From the NCBI GenBank assembly GCA_038087875.1, contig CM075980.1, positions 868,001 to 932,000 on the forward strand: a DNA stretch of 64,000 bases. Reading direction: 5' to 3'. The stretch is from Malacoraja senta (lineage: Eukaryota). The position numbers were made by a program, and so were the translations under genes. Shown here one piece after another: positions 50,010-61,801 of this stretch. The notes beneath the pieces are model-generated. The model was given only the letters and a program-made list of their open reading frames with translations. It had not been told where the DNA came from and searched no databases. Every line of letters starts with the position of its first letter. Positions within the stretch are counted from its first letter, which is position 1.

Positions 50010-50450
50010 ACATTTATTCATTTTTCAAGATGTGGACATCGTTGCCAAGGCCAGCATTTATTGCCCATTGCTGGTTGTCCTTATGAAGTTGCCACCTTGA
50101 ATTGGAGTCCTCTGTGAAAGTATCCCACAATGTTGTGCATTACAGAATTCAAGAATTTAGACTGTGACAATGAAGTACTAGTAATGCATTTTTGGGACAT
50201 GATGGTGAGGAATCTGTGCCTTATAGATTGTACACCTGTCTTTGTAGCTATAACCCATGGTCGTTGAGGTCATGGATGTGGGAGATACTATTGGAGTTGC
50301 GAGGATAGTGTTTTTATTTGTATATATAATACAGACTTCATCTACCGTATGTGGAGTTAATGAATTTTAGGATTGGACCGCTAGTCAGGCTGGCTGCTTT
50401 GTCCTGTATGGTGTTTAGATTCTTGACTGTTTTTTTGCTTCTACTGCAAC
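50010..50450 (-). mobile_element. Old non-LTR retrotransposon 3' end
   Basis: gccaaggccagcatttattgcccat tail; homologous to the remnant at 19545 and to the SINE tail at 30895. Confidence 0.6.
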
Positions 50451-51381
50451 TTGTTCATATTTTTAGGTGAGATCCTCAGTTTATACCAAATACTTCTGAA
50501 ACCGGAATTAAAAATTGGAAGCTTGTTTTCTAAGTGAAAATAATAAGAAAAAGTAATAATTCTTAGAGTTGAATAATGTTCTGCTTCCACTCAGCAAAGA
50601 ACAAAAGAGTGTGAGCCCAAAGGGATGGTGAAAGTTCAGTTGGTAAATTTTGCAAGCTAACATATTTCCTGTTCTTTCCACTGAGAGTTTGTTCTGTTTA
50701 ATTTCAATCACTCAGCTTGCATCTGAATTGGTTATTGAGTATAACATTTTATGCAAAGTACAGAGTGCAGGTTTTGAACGTAAATTAGAAATACGACGCA
50801 AGCTGTCAACATTTGTCTAGAGTAGATGTGGGATTTGGGATTTACTTGGAATACAGCTCCCCCATATCCCCGAGTTTATTGTGGCAGCACATCACTAATA
50901 TGACCCCATTAAGGCAGCCTTAATTGAACCTGACAATTCAGGGTTTTTAAACAGCTTTCAGTATTCAGATGAGATGTGAGTTGAATAATTTATCATGGTT
51001 TGAAATAGTGTTTTTGATGTTTTTTAAGTCAATCCAATGGTGATTGCTTAAAATCATATTAAGACACGAAAAAATGGTACCTAATCCAAGGGTTAAAAAC
51101 ATCAAATCAGGGGAATTCAATTTCCCTTGTGATCTGCACCATGAATAGTTTCATTCATAGCAACTAAAAATGAGATGGAAAGACAGTAAAACAACAGCAC
51201 AGTGGGCTAAACAACAAAACAAGGTGCAATGAGTAAGCAAAGCAATCTCACAACCACTGAATGACATCAAAACCCTGCAGTCCTGCCAAATGAAATCATG
51301 AATGGACTATGGATAATGAAACGGCTCATAGTCAGAGGTGGAGGTTGCAAGAACATTCCTATGTGCAACAATAGCATGGCC

Positions 51382-51945
51382 TAGGGGTGGGGAACCTGCG
51401 GCCTTCTAGGCCATTAAGTGCCACCTTTTGAATGAATCCAAAATTTGCAGAACAAATCTTTTTCTTTTTATTTAAGAAGGAACTGCAGATGCTGGAAAAT
51501 CGAAGGTAGAATAAAATGCTGGAGAAACTCAGCGGGTGAGGCAGCATCTATGGAGCGAAGGAAATAGGCGACGTTTTGGGTCGAGACCCTTCTTCAGGTC
51601 TGATGCCTATTTCCTTCGCTCCATAGATGCTGCCTCACCCGCTGAGTTTCTCAAACATTTTTGTCTACCTTTTATTTTTATTAATATGTTTTTGTTCGTC
51701 TTTTATTAATTTTATTTTAATCTTAAAATGAACATATTTAAAATACCAAAGAGAAAAAGAAGATTCAACGAAATAATCCTCCCCGACTGATGGCCACAAT
51801 TAAAACATTAGTAAGTCATGAGGGCTATTTTAACAAAATAATGTACATTTTGAAGTATATCTAATTGAAGTTTCTTGGATGCGGCCTTATAAGAGTACAG
51901 CTAACTTAATGCGGCATTCCTCCATGAAAAGGTTCCCCACCCCTG
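51382..51945. mobile_element. hAT (Charlie-like) MITE
   Basis: TIRs taggggtggggaacct / aggttccccacccctg; perfect 8-bp TSD GCATGGCC at 51374-51381 and 51946-51953. Confidence 0.9.
51471..51671. mobile_element. PLE terminal-repeat fold-back nested in the hAT MITE
   Basis: Left arm ends ..gacccttcttcag (51597); right arm gcctatttccttcgctccatagatgctgcc..gtctacctt starts at 51605. Confidence 0.88.
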
Positions 51946-53085
51946 GCATGGCCCAATACAAGCACTAAAGACGAGGCCAAATGTTGAATAGATGTTTCAC
52001 TTCAACTTCCTCATGAGAGCCCAGCATCACAGTGATCACTCTTTAGCCAATCTCATTTGCTTCAGGTAATATCATAAAAATACCTGGACCAAACAACAAT
52101 CTAGATATTGTATTGGTTTATTACGGGCACATGTGTTGAGATATAGTGAATAGCTTTTGTTTACATGCTGTCAAATTGAATCGGGTACCGTACATGACTA
52201 TATTCAAGCCATGTACACGTAGAATAGGTGTGCAAAGAGGAAAATACCAGAGTGCAGAATGTAGTGTTACAGCATCGAACCATTATAGTTATCAAGAAAA
52301 AGTCCATCGTTTGCAATGAGGTCGTTTGGAAGATTTGAGCTGCAGCATCCCGGATGCTTGTATCCAAAAAAATATTTGTATCAAAATAAGCAGAAAGTTT
52401 TTCAGATCTGGCTCATGTCACATTTCATCCTCGACTAGCACAATATCTGATTGAGACGGTGGGGAGTGGGGAACAACTGATTCTACCACCACCCTGCCAG
52501 CAGATCAGTCATAGCTAGCATAAGAGTCATTTGGGACTCTTGTGTGAATACATTGTCTCTTCAATGGTTCAGTATTCATGTTAAGCCTTATGGGAGAATT
52601 CCGCAAACGTGTGAGTGATATTGGCTGGCAGCTAACACCCATATAAGTAAATACCAGTTAGAGTCTTCTCTAAAAAGGCTGGGTTAAAGAGAAAATTAAA
52701 TGGAAGACTGGGATGAATGGAGAAGACCCATTGGTCTAGATTGCTGTATGTATTTATTTGTTCCCGACATCAAACTGTTTGAGAGCATGCAAAAACCTTA
52801 GAATGCCAGAAGCATTCAGCATGGACTGTCAGATGAGTTGCCACCTATTGTGTCCAAATAGGATGAGGCAAGTGGCTTCATAACTGATTTGATCCATTTA
52901 TGTCTGTTATTATATCAGCCTCAACTTGGAATCATTTGTACAAGACTGGATTTTCTGCGCATCGTGGTCACCTAGGGTCACTTAATTACTTCACTGTCGG
53001 GTTGCCTTAGAAGTAGTTGAACGTGTAACATTTCATTACTTTACTAATAGCTAATTTGATTAAGGTTGTGCATAAGTGACCATTG

Positions 53086-53358
53086 CAGACCAAAAGGTCC
53101 CTGTTCAATCTCTAGTCTGCATTTAATTAGTTAATTTCTGCCATGGTTGCAGTAGTACGCCAATTCCTAATGGTTTTGAAACATCTGGTTTTGAAATTGC
53201 TCATTTGAATGCCTCGGGGGTAGGATGGGACATAACTGCATTTGCCCTATACTCAAACAGAACCAGTGCTCATTGTTGAGGCTTGCATTTCATGACATTT
53301 CATGAAACTTGTGTGAGGGCTGGAAGTGTGCTTGGCAGCCATGAAACCATATCTTAGC
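53086..53358 (+). mobile_element. Second AmnSINE2-like relic
   Basis: cagaccaaaaggtccctgttcaatctctagtctg, ctcattgttgaggctt and gccatgaaaccatatcttagc are collinear with the recalled AmnSINE2 consensus. Confidence 0.5.
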
Positions 53359-54851
53359 TATTGTTACAACATGATTATTGAAAACTCCATCAATACCCCA
53401 CACTACATCTGTTTAAATGTTGTGCTTGTATGTCACAAGTGGGTTTGACCTCACAACCATCTAACTCGGAGGCAAAGTCCAATGTGTGAGGGTAAAACTA
53501 CATTGACGAACAATAAAAATTGTGCTTTTTTGATCAAATCGGATATGCTGAATATTTATGACACGTCATCCTTCCCACCTTTATCTATTTTTAATGTAAC
53601 TGGGATTGTGATATTTTGAATTGTGTGAAATATGTTGCCAAATATGAGGAAATAATTTTTAAGTCATCAGTGGCCTTGGCTATGGGAAAAGCTCCTGCGT
53701 TATTTAGAATGTTTGTAGTGTTAATTGTTAGGCCTTTTTACACAGTGTTTTCTATTTGCACAATAAAATTCCGCTTTCAAAGTGATTTATCTTTTAAGAA
53801 AATTGCAAATGGAAGTTAACTTCTTGAATGAGAATTACTGCACTCACGGTGGTCTCCTCTTACAAGCAAGGTTGCTTTTTAGTTTAAATTTAAAATCCAG
53901 TTCTGATTTCTTGTCTAAAGTCTTGCTTTGGAAAGGCAAGTTGACAAGAAGTCAATACTAAGCTGTCTGAAACTGTAAATATCCATTAATGTTTCCCTCT
54001 GGACAAAGCAACTGAGCCCCCTCTCTGCGTAGAGCTGCTAACCTACATAAAATCACATCAGGGACTGACAAGTAATTTGACAGGTCAAGGTTACAGTTTC
54101 AGGTAGTAGACGGGAACAGTCTCTGGGTCGCTCGTGTTTCAATATGAGCAATCAAGGAACCAGATGTTATGTGTGTTTATTGATTGAAAGTGGATATGTT
54201 GCCCTTTCAGTCTGAACTTTGCCTTCCCTGTTAAGGGATGCAATTTGCAGTTTCGTCTCACCATTCGTAGCAGTGTCTCTTTCTTAGTGAAACCCCTTGA
54301 GCATGTTGAAGGTTCCTTGTGGGTTTGTCAGAAGAAGTGAATTAAATTTAAATTTAATTGCAAACTCAAAAGACACCTGGGAAAAGATGAATGAAAGGGC
54401 TGCCATTTGATTTGTGCCTTGTGTGGTACATTAGATTGATTTCTCGATCGATCTGAATTAGAATCTATTACATTTCATTTTTGAAGTAATCACTTGCACT
54501 GGTTACTTTTTTCCTTTGCCTGAATGAAGATCATTTAGACTTCTCTTTACAGAAATGATTTTTATTTATAATTAAATCATGGTATCGGCCTCTTTCAGTC
54601 TTTATTCAGAATACCATATCAATAAATGCCGATTCACTTTATTGTGACGGTGCTTTCACCCACACCCAGACCCTGCTAACTAGCAACACCTAATCTCCTC
54701 TCCATTTTGTGTGGAATGATAAAAGTTTACAATTCTAGTAATTTCCTGTTGAATTGATGCAGATTTCAACAGTAGATAAGTGCAAAATCCAAATATACAT
54801 TTTATGTGTAATTGACTAGTGACATTGTATAATGTCACACTATACAATAAC

Positions 54852-55133
54852 TAGTTTAGTTTAGAGATGCAACAAGTGGAAACAAGTCCTTTGGCCCACC
54901 GAGTCTGTGCCAGCCAGCGACTAGTTCTATCCTGCACACTAGAGACAATTTACAGAAGCCAATGAGCCCTGCAAGCCTGCATGTCTTTGGAATGTGGGAC
55001 TAAACCAGAGCACCCGGAGAAACCCCACGCAGTTGCAGTGTGAACTTACAAACTCCGTACAGACAGCACCCATAGTCGGGAACGAAACCGGGGTCTCTGG
55101 CACTGTGAGGCAGCAACTCTACTGTTGTGCCAC
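54852..55133 (-). mobile_element. HE1-like V-SINE, near full length
   Basis: Same head, V-domain and tail as 28679-28958 (ccagagcacccggagaaaccccacgca, acaaactccgtacagacagcacc). Confidence 0.85.
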
Positions 55134-55233
55134 ACTAAACTACATCTCTAGGTTCTTCCTTTAAAAAAAAAAATTATCTCTCAAGCACTTATGTTCTCTC
55201 TCTTAAAATAGGTGTGTGTATGTGTCGTCAACC

Positions 55234-55334
55234 ATCCCTTCTCTCCAGAGATGCTGCCTCACCCGTTGAGTTACTCCAGCATTTTGTGTGTACCTTCGAT
55301 TTAAACCGGCATCTTCAGTTCTTTCTTACACACG

Positions 55335-55393
<59 letters not shown>

Positions 55394-55410
55394 ACACACA
55401 CAAACACACA
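55234..55410 (+). repeat. PLE terminal-repeat 3' half running into a (CA)n microsatellite
   Basis: ccagagatgctgcctcacccg..cagttctttcttacac then (CA)n at 55328-55410. Confidence 0.9.
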
Positions 55411-58400
55411 GCCTGCACTGGCTATGATGCCACTTTAATCCAATCTGCCTGCACCTGATCCATATCCCTCCATGCCCTGCCTGTTTGTGCCTTTTTAAAT
55501 GCCTCTGGGAGGCATATAGTCCAGCCCATTTGTATTGCTACTGTCACATTTTCACACAATGCAAGGTTATATTTTCTTCCCTGAGTCTCGTTTACAAATT
55601 CTATTGCATCTTTCAGTTTGGATTTTCTCTGCCATCCATCTCTACATCCCATTCACTCACCTAAATTTACCTGCAGTCCTTTGCAATCTTTTTCACAATT
55701 TGGTATGGTTATATTTCAATATTCCTCTTTCAGAAACTGACCAGATCGATTGTAAATAAGATCAGCCCCGCGTTGTATCCCTTGGAACGTGTCTTTAACG
55801 TTTCAGTGGCAAACCAACCTTGTGACAACTTTTTAAACTTTCTACCTTAAACTATTTCTCAATCCAGGCAGTAGCATCTCCTATAATATATGCAGGGTTG
55901 CCACATAATTTGGAAAACATACTTTCATGGTATCACCACAAAATCTGTTAAATATCTTACTTTTTCCTCATTTGTAAACCTAAAAATACTGGATTTACTG
56001 TTTCCCATCTGTTTTGATTATGCCTACTTAACACATTTTATCATTGGTCAGGTAACTGGTTTTCTATAAAAACATGCCTCTGGTATGTTGGAACATTCTG
56101 TTCCAATAAGATTGGTCAGTTTACTGACAGTGGGCAGCAGATAAGATCAAAGCTGAGAAAACATGGAAAATATCAAAACTAGAGGTTCTTTATTGGAATG
56201 AAGTAAACATTCATAGGATCAGTAGCATAAGGGCACAAATAGAGGTAAACAGATTAAATCTAATCACTAGATCATAGATATTGTTGTAAAATGAGCCCAA
56301 GGCTGGGAAATGAAAATACAGATACCTTGGTATTCAGAAAATAAATGAATTGTAAAAGAGGCCGTGAGTCTAAGCTCTGGTAAATAATTATTTCAGGAAA
56401 GTAGTCAGAGAAGATCTTAGCAGAAGAGATCAGTAAGTAGAATCAGTTTGGCTGAAGATGAGGAATGCCAATAGGCAAATACTGTCAGCAATGGTAGCTG
56501 GGAAGTAATATCACTTTGCAACAAAAGTAATGCAATAATCGTCATTGACTTGTGGATAAGTAAGTATTTGAAAAGCATTGAGCTTAGTTTCCTGGAGTAT
56601 GATGAGAAACGAGCCACACTTTTCCCGTTCTGATTTAGTGTAATGGCGTGGGGGAGCACGAGGGTGGTATGGAATACAACTCCAGCCTTTCCTTAGTCAG
56701 TCTCTCTAGCATCCTTGTAAACCTTTATTGTGCCATTTCCAGTTTAATGGCATATTTCTTAATGGACACAGGAATCCAAATATACTTACCAACATTTTGT
56801 ACAGCAATAACATATTATTTGACTCCTTACTGTACTCAATACCCTAGGCCTCTTTGTTGTACACACTTCCCAAGTGCTCTACCATTTACAATGAAAGTAA
56901 TGCCTTGGTTTATCTTACCCATACGCGGCACCTTACATTTATATGAATTGAACTCTCATCTGCCACAACACCTTAGGATAGACTTGATTTGGTGCCAGGT
57001 ATGTATCTACCTTGTTTAGACCTCTAACACCACCTCATCTGTAATATGGACACAACAAAATATCACCATAAACTTCCCCTGATCCCCTTGCATCAAGATG
57101 TTCTCCACAGTAAATACATATTTAAAATATTTGTTTAGGACCTCTCCTGTATACTGCAGCTCCACAAATAGACGATCTATAAGGAATCCCATACTCTCCC
57201 CTCCAATATACTTGTAGATTCTCCTTTACCTCATCTGCCTTTTTGCCCTCTTAATGTCCCTCTTCAGTGTATTCTCACCCTCCACACCCCAAGGGTTTCA
57301 CTTGATCCTAGCTGCATACACTCGACGTAAATAGTTCATCCTCCAATTAAATCTTGGCCTGAGTTAGCCGCATCTAACCCACTCTGGGATTGCTTGAAAC
57401 CTAATGTTTCCGCTCCAAGAGTTACATTTTATTATGTAAAAAGATTGATCCCACTAAAATAATGAACTTTAAAATGATACTCGTACAGCTTAGGGACTAT
57501 AATGCTAAGATAATATCTCAAGTGTGCTTGGTCTCAATTTGCAAAAACATTTTGCTTAAGTTATTGGTTTATTTTTGCAGGGATCAAGTTTTGATTGAAT
57601 CTAAGAAAGGGAGAAAAATAATGTGGCTATAAACAGAAGCACAAACAACATAAATACATTGCTTTTTTCCTAAATCGAAAGTGGCAGAACTAACATTAAT
57701 TGTGTTGTAAAACTAGATGCTTCCCTTGCTGAAAATACTAGGCATTTTCATGCCTTTGTGTTAACACAGTGCAGTTTAGCTCTCAGCTCATTTAATTTCT
57801 TCTCATGCATTTTACGTAGGTTCAAAACATGCTTTCTGTTATACACTCAAGCTGCTGCTTGTGTTCACTTTATAGCTTTCCAGATGTCTTGATATTTATG
57901 AAGCATCATGCCAGCTTTCCTGATGGTGATTCTCATGGCTGCAATCTGTTGTTCCTGCAGCAGACTGCTGGGAGATTACTGTAAAGTCTGCTGTATGTGT
58001 TCAAATTACTGAATTGTCTTAACAAGATTAGGCCAAGGATGCAGGGGAGCATCTTAGAGGTTTGCAACATCATGTCTGTGTAAATATTTATTGCAAGGGT
58101 ATGCTTCCTTACAGTTTTTTCTAAACAAATGTTTGACATTTGATCAGACATAGAACAGATGGTTGTTGATTTAGTCCCATTTTTGAAGTCAGGAAAGCGA
58201 ATCTTATTAGAAGTTTATATTCCTCAGCACTCAGCGTGAATCCCCTGAGAGCTGCACTTAAGGAAGAAAACTAAATCAAAATACACAACGTGCTGAAAGA
58301 CTAAATTTTACTCTAGAATAGAGACAACACTACAGCAAAGTGCACATCATACAGTAAGACTGAACATTGAATTGAAAATTAATATCAACAATTCTTTACA

Positions 58401-58819
58401 TATTTGCCTGGATGTTGGTAATCAATTTTAATTATCTCGAGGAGGAGGTGAAGTTATGAACAGCCTTATCTTGATATTTTTCTTTAAAAAGCAGTGCTTT
58501 TTATTCCACTTTTGTCATTTTGGTTTTCATAATTTATTACGTTGTAAATGCCAGACCTAAAGTGTTAAAACTAAACCTACCCATGTAACTGGTGACTTAA
58601 TGCGGAAATTGCCTGAGGGAGTTGCGTGCAAATTAACATGTTTGAATGGATCAGAATTAAATTTGTGGCTCAGAATGATGCAAAGCAAAAAATCTGATGC
58701 ATGGGAGATTGATACTAGTTCCATTGGGACAGGCTCCACTTAAATAGAACTGGTATTAGTGACAGAAAACTAGGCTATAGGCAAGGTTTTAAACTAATAA
58801 AGGTTGTTCAAGAGGTATA

Positions 58820-59462
58820 GGCTGAGTTCAGGTGAAGGAACATTTATAGATTTTAAAAGAGCAAGCAATCTGAATCGCAGACTTCTAAAAGTAGAGCAAA
58901 GATAACACCATTATTTCCAAAAGATGGAGAGAATTTGCAGGAGACTATAGACCTTTTTATTCTTGACAACATGCTGAAACCCATCATTATATGCATGGCA
59001 GTGGACACTTTGAAAATAATATGATTAAATACAGTCCATTTGGTGTATATATTATTGATGAGGATAATGGACTTTTTTTGAGGAAGTAACTGGCAAGTTA
59101 ATTCACGGGATTTATAAGTGGCATCACAAACGAACTGGCTGCCGAAGATTCATGGGGTTGGGGATTGGTTAAAAAGCATAAAGCAAAGAAGGAATAAACA
59201 TGTGTTTTTACTTTAGCGTATTGTTACATTTGGATGCCACAGAAATTGGTCCTGGAGCCTAAAATATTAACTATTTATTGTAGATAAAAATATTAATGTG
59301 TATGATGTTTCATTATTTGCAATGAACCAGAGCTTGGTACAAAAGACAATATGTGCAGGAGTAGGCCATTCGGCCCTTCGAGCCAGCAACGCCATTCAAT
59401 GTGATGGCTGATCATCCACAATCATGTGGAACTGAGAGGGCACAAAGGCATTGATAGATTAA
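58820..59462 (+). mobile_element. Old CR1 RT remnant with a nested - strand CR1 tail (~59350-59425)
   Basis: acaccattatttccaaaag..gactatagacc (TPLF.K..G.YRP); gcaggagtaggccattcggcccttcgagccagc is a tail complement. Confidence 0.6.
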
Positions 59463-59472
59463 GAGGTTTTGT

Positions 59473-59706
59473 TGTAGGAAGGAACTACAGATGCTGGTTT
59501 AAACCGAAGATAGGCACAATGCTAGAGTAATTCAGCAGGACAGGCAGCACCTCTGGATAGATGGAATCGGTGACGTTTCGGGTTGAGATGCTTCCTCACC
59601 CTACTCTCAGTCTGAAGAAGGGTCTCGACCAGAAACGTCACCCATTCCTTCTATCCAGAGATGCTGCCTGTCTAACTGAGTTACTCCAACATTTTGTGTG
59701 TATCTT
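59473..59706. mobile_element. PLE terminal-repeat fold-back with hammerhead-like core
   Basis: CTGAAGA at 59612-59618, gggtctcgacca, GAAACGTC at 59632-59639; inverted arms on both sides. Confidence 0.88.
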
Positions 59707-59912
59707 TGATAGGTTAAAAAACTGGACAGGGTAATGTAGCAAAATGTATCATTTTATTTTTCTCTTTTTCCAACTCATCTTTTTTATATGTTGGTTACAC
59801 CAGGGGATCTTGGCTCAAAAAATGTAGTTAAAATCAACAATTGGGAATTCTGTTTTAATTGGAAGCACTAATTTAAGGAGATTGGTTTGGCTGTTGTGAA
59901 ATTGCAATGTAA

Positions 59913-60480
59913 AGGGCCTGTCCCACAGCGACGACCTGATTTGCGAGTTTAAAAGAGTTTGCTCTCGACTCAAACTCGCAGTATGGTCGACACGTGGTCC
60001 TAGGAGATCCCGTAAACTCTCCTTCATGCTCGAGGGAAGTTCCAGCATACTCGCGGCCTCAGTTTCGTCGAGGAGAATTTTTCAGCCTGCTGAAAAATTT
60101 TCCACGAGTAAAAATTGGTCGGCATGGTTCTTTTGAACTCGTAGTGCAGTGGAGTTGGGTCGCTATGTAGTTATAGGCAGTTGAGGGTAGCCGTAGGCAA
60201 ACTCCTTTGCTGACCGGGCACTTTAATTGGCTCGTTGGAGTTTTCAGGACCAAGGAAAACCGACCGGTAATGTTAAATGCCCGCTAAACTTTATTAAAAG
60301 TTGACTGGCATTTTAAAAGTGTCTCCAATCCTTCTCTCCCCCTCTCTCCCCTTCTCTCCCCCCTCCGCGCTCTCTAAAGGACTTACTGAACACTGTGGCA
60401 GCCGTCTTTTACCTTCCTGTTCATCGCGGGTGTGAATTTCAGACAGCGCTCCCCCGCTTTCCCTGGCCCCCGCCTTTGCG

Positions 60481-60514
<34 letters not shown>

Positions 60515-60641
60515 TGACGGTTGATCCAGCTCGCGGTTTCATCGCTGACAGTCGATCCAGCTTGAGGTTTTTCAGGCGAGTGCCCTCGAACTTGAAGGTT
60601 GAAGACAGTCGCTGAAAAGTGGCGTTAGTGCGACAGGCCCT
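59913..60641. mobile_element. PIF/Harbinger non-autonomous element (CpG-rich, internal GT microsatellite)
   Basis: TIRs agggcctgtcccac / gtgcgacaggccct; flanks TAA / TTA; (GT)n at ~60481-60514. Confidence 0.85.
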
Positions 60642-61229
60642 TTAAGTAATGTTCTGCCATGTCTACAGACAGCTAATTTGTGTAAGTGGTTCGGTGAAGA
60701 CCGTGCCAATAAAGATTTATTTTTAAAGCTATTTTTTTGCTGTGAAAACTTTAAAATCTCAGCTGATAATATGTTGAATCATTGTTTCACATTTTTGAAT
60801 AGGATTGTGAACATCGCAATGCCACCAATTCCCGTGGCACCCAAATGTAACAATCTATTAAAGTGAAAATCTTGAACCAGCTAATCTTGAACAAAAACAG
60901 TTGGTCAGTGATGCTGGTGAAGGGAGTCAACATTTATCTTTTCAAGCTTGTCCTTTTACCAATGGCTTTGTCTCCCAATGTCAAGTAGACATCATGCACC
61001 TGCTGCAGAAAGCAAGATGGAAGATATTTCACGCAGAAAGTTTTGGTGCATTGGGAGAGAAATATATGCAGATTTTTCCATCTCAATACACCACCGCATA
61101 TACATCTTGGGAAAGTTCTTCAGTCAGTAACTAGTTTAAACAAAAATTAATTGTGTCAATAAAACAAGCGAGTCCCTATCTTTAAATATTAAAACTTAAT
61201 GCTTAATACGAGCTGTTATTTGGTTTCAG

Positions 61230-61294
61230 ATGGAGTGCAGTAAGCCTCAGCGATGAGCAATTGCATAGTAGATCTGGTCATTTAATAAAGGAAG
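61230..61294 (+). other. Possible small exon
   Basis: Acceptor ctgttatttggtttcAG| and donor AAG|GTACTG (alternative GCA|GTAAGC after 61239); signals are only moderate. Confidence 0.3.
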
Positions 61295-61801
61295 GTACTG
61301 CTTACCTTTGTGTTGTACCTTATCTCACCTCTGGGAAACATCTCGCTGTTCATTCCATTCATCTTTTTACTGTTTATGTGAATAGTGGTATAGATGAGCA
61401 AGACTTTGAGTAGCATTTACACTTTTGTAAATGATCACACAACTTCACACTTGATGCTCATTGTATTATTTGGCTGCAGTTCCTGAACAACTGTTTTCCA
61501 AAAGTCTTGTGCACTTTGGTATCAGTATAATGAAAGCGAACAGATAATATGTCAGTTTTAAAATGAGCAGCTCGCTGCCAGATTATGTGCAATTGTTGAT
61601 GGGTTGTATATCTCTGTTAGTAAAAGGTGATGTTAGGATTGTAGCCTCAAAGCAGGCATGTGCCGTGAGTAATTACTCTGGGTAGGCAGTCAGTTGGATT
61701 TTAAAAAAAAATCTTAAACCACGCATGCGCAGATTGTTCTCTCCGTAAGCTGTCAGTCGACTTTTATAAAGTCTTCAAAAGCCATATCTCTCAATAAAGC
61801 A

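Noticed and set aside
57581-57660. Splice acceptor tttatttttgcAG| as another exon
   Set aside because: No convincing downstream donor or recognisable reading frame.
59913-60641. CpG-rich patches (also 18.0, 36.5 and 62 kb) as gene promoters
   Set aside because: Each is bounded by TIRs or a retroposon tail, so the CpG content is TE-derived.
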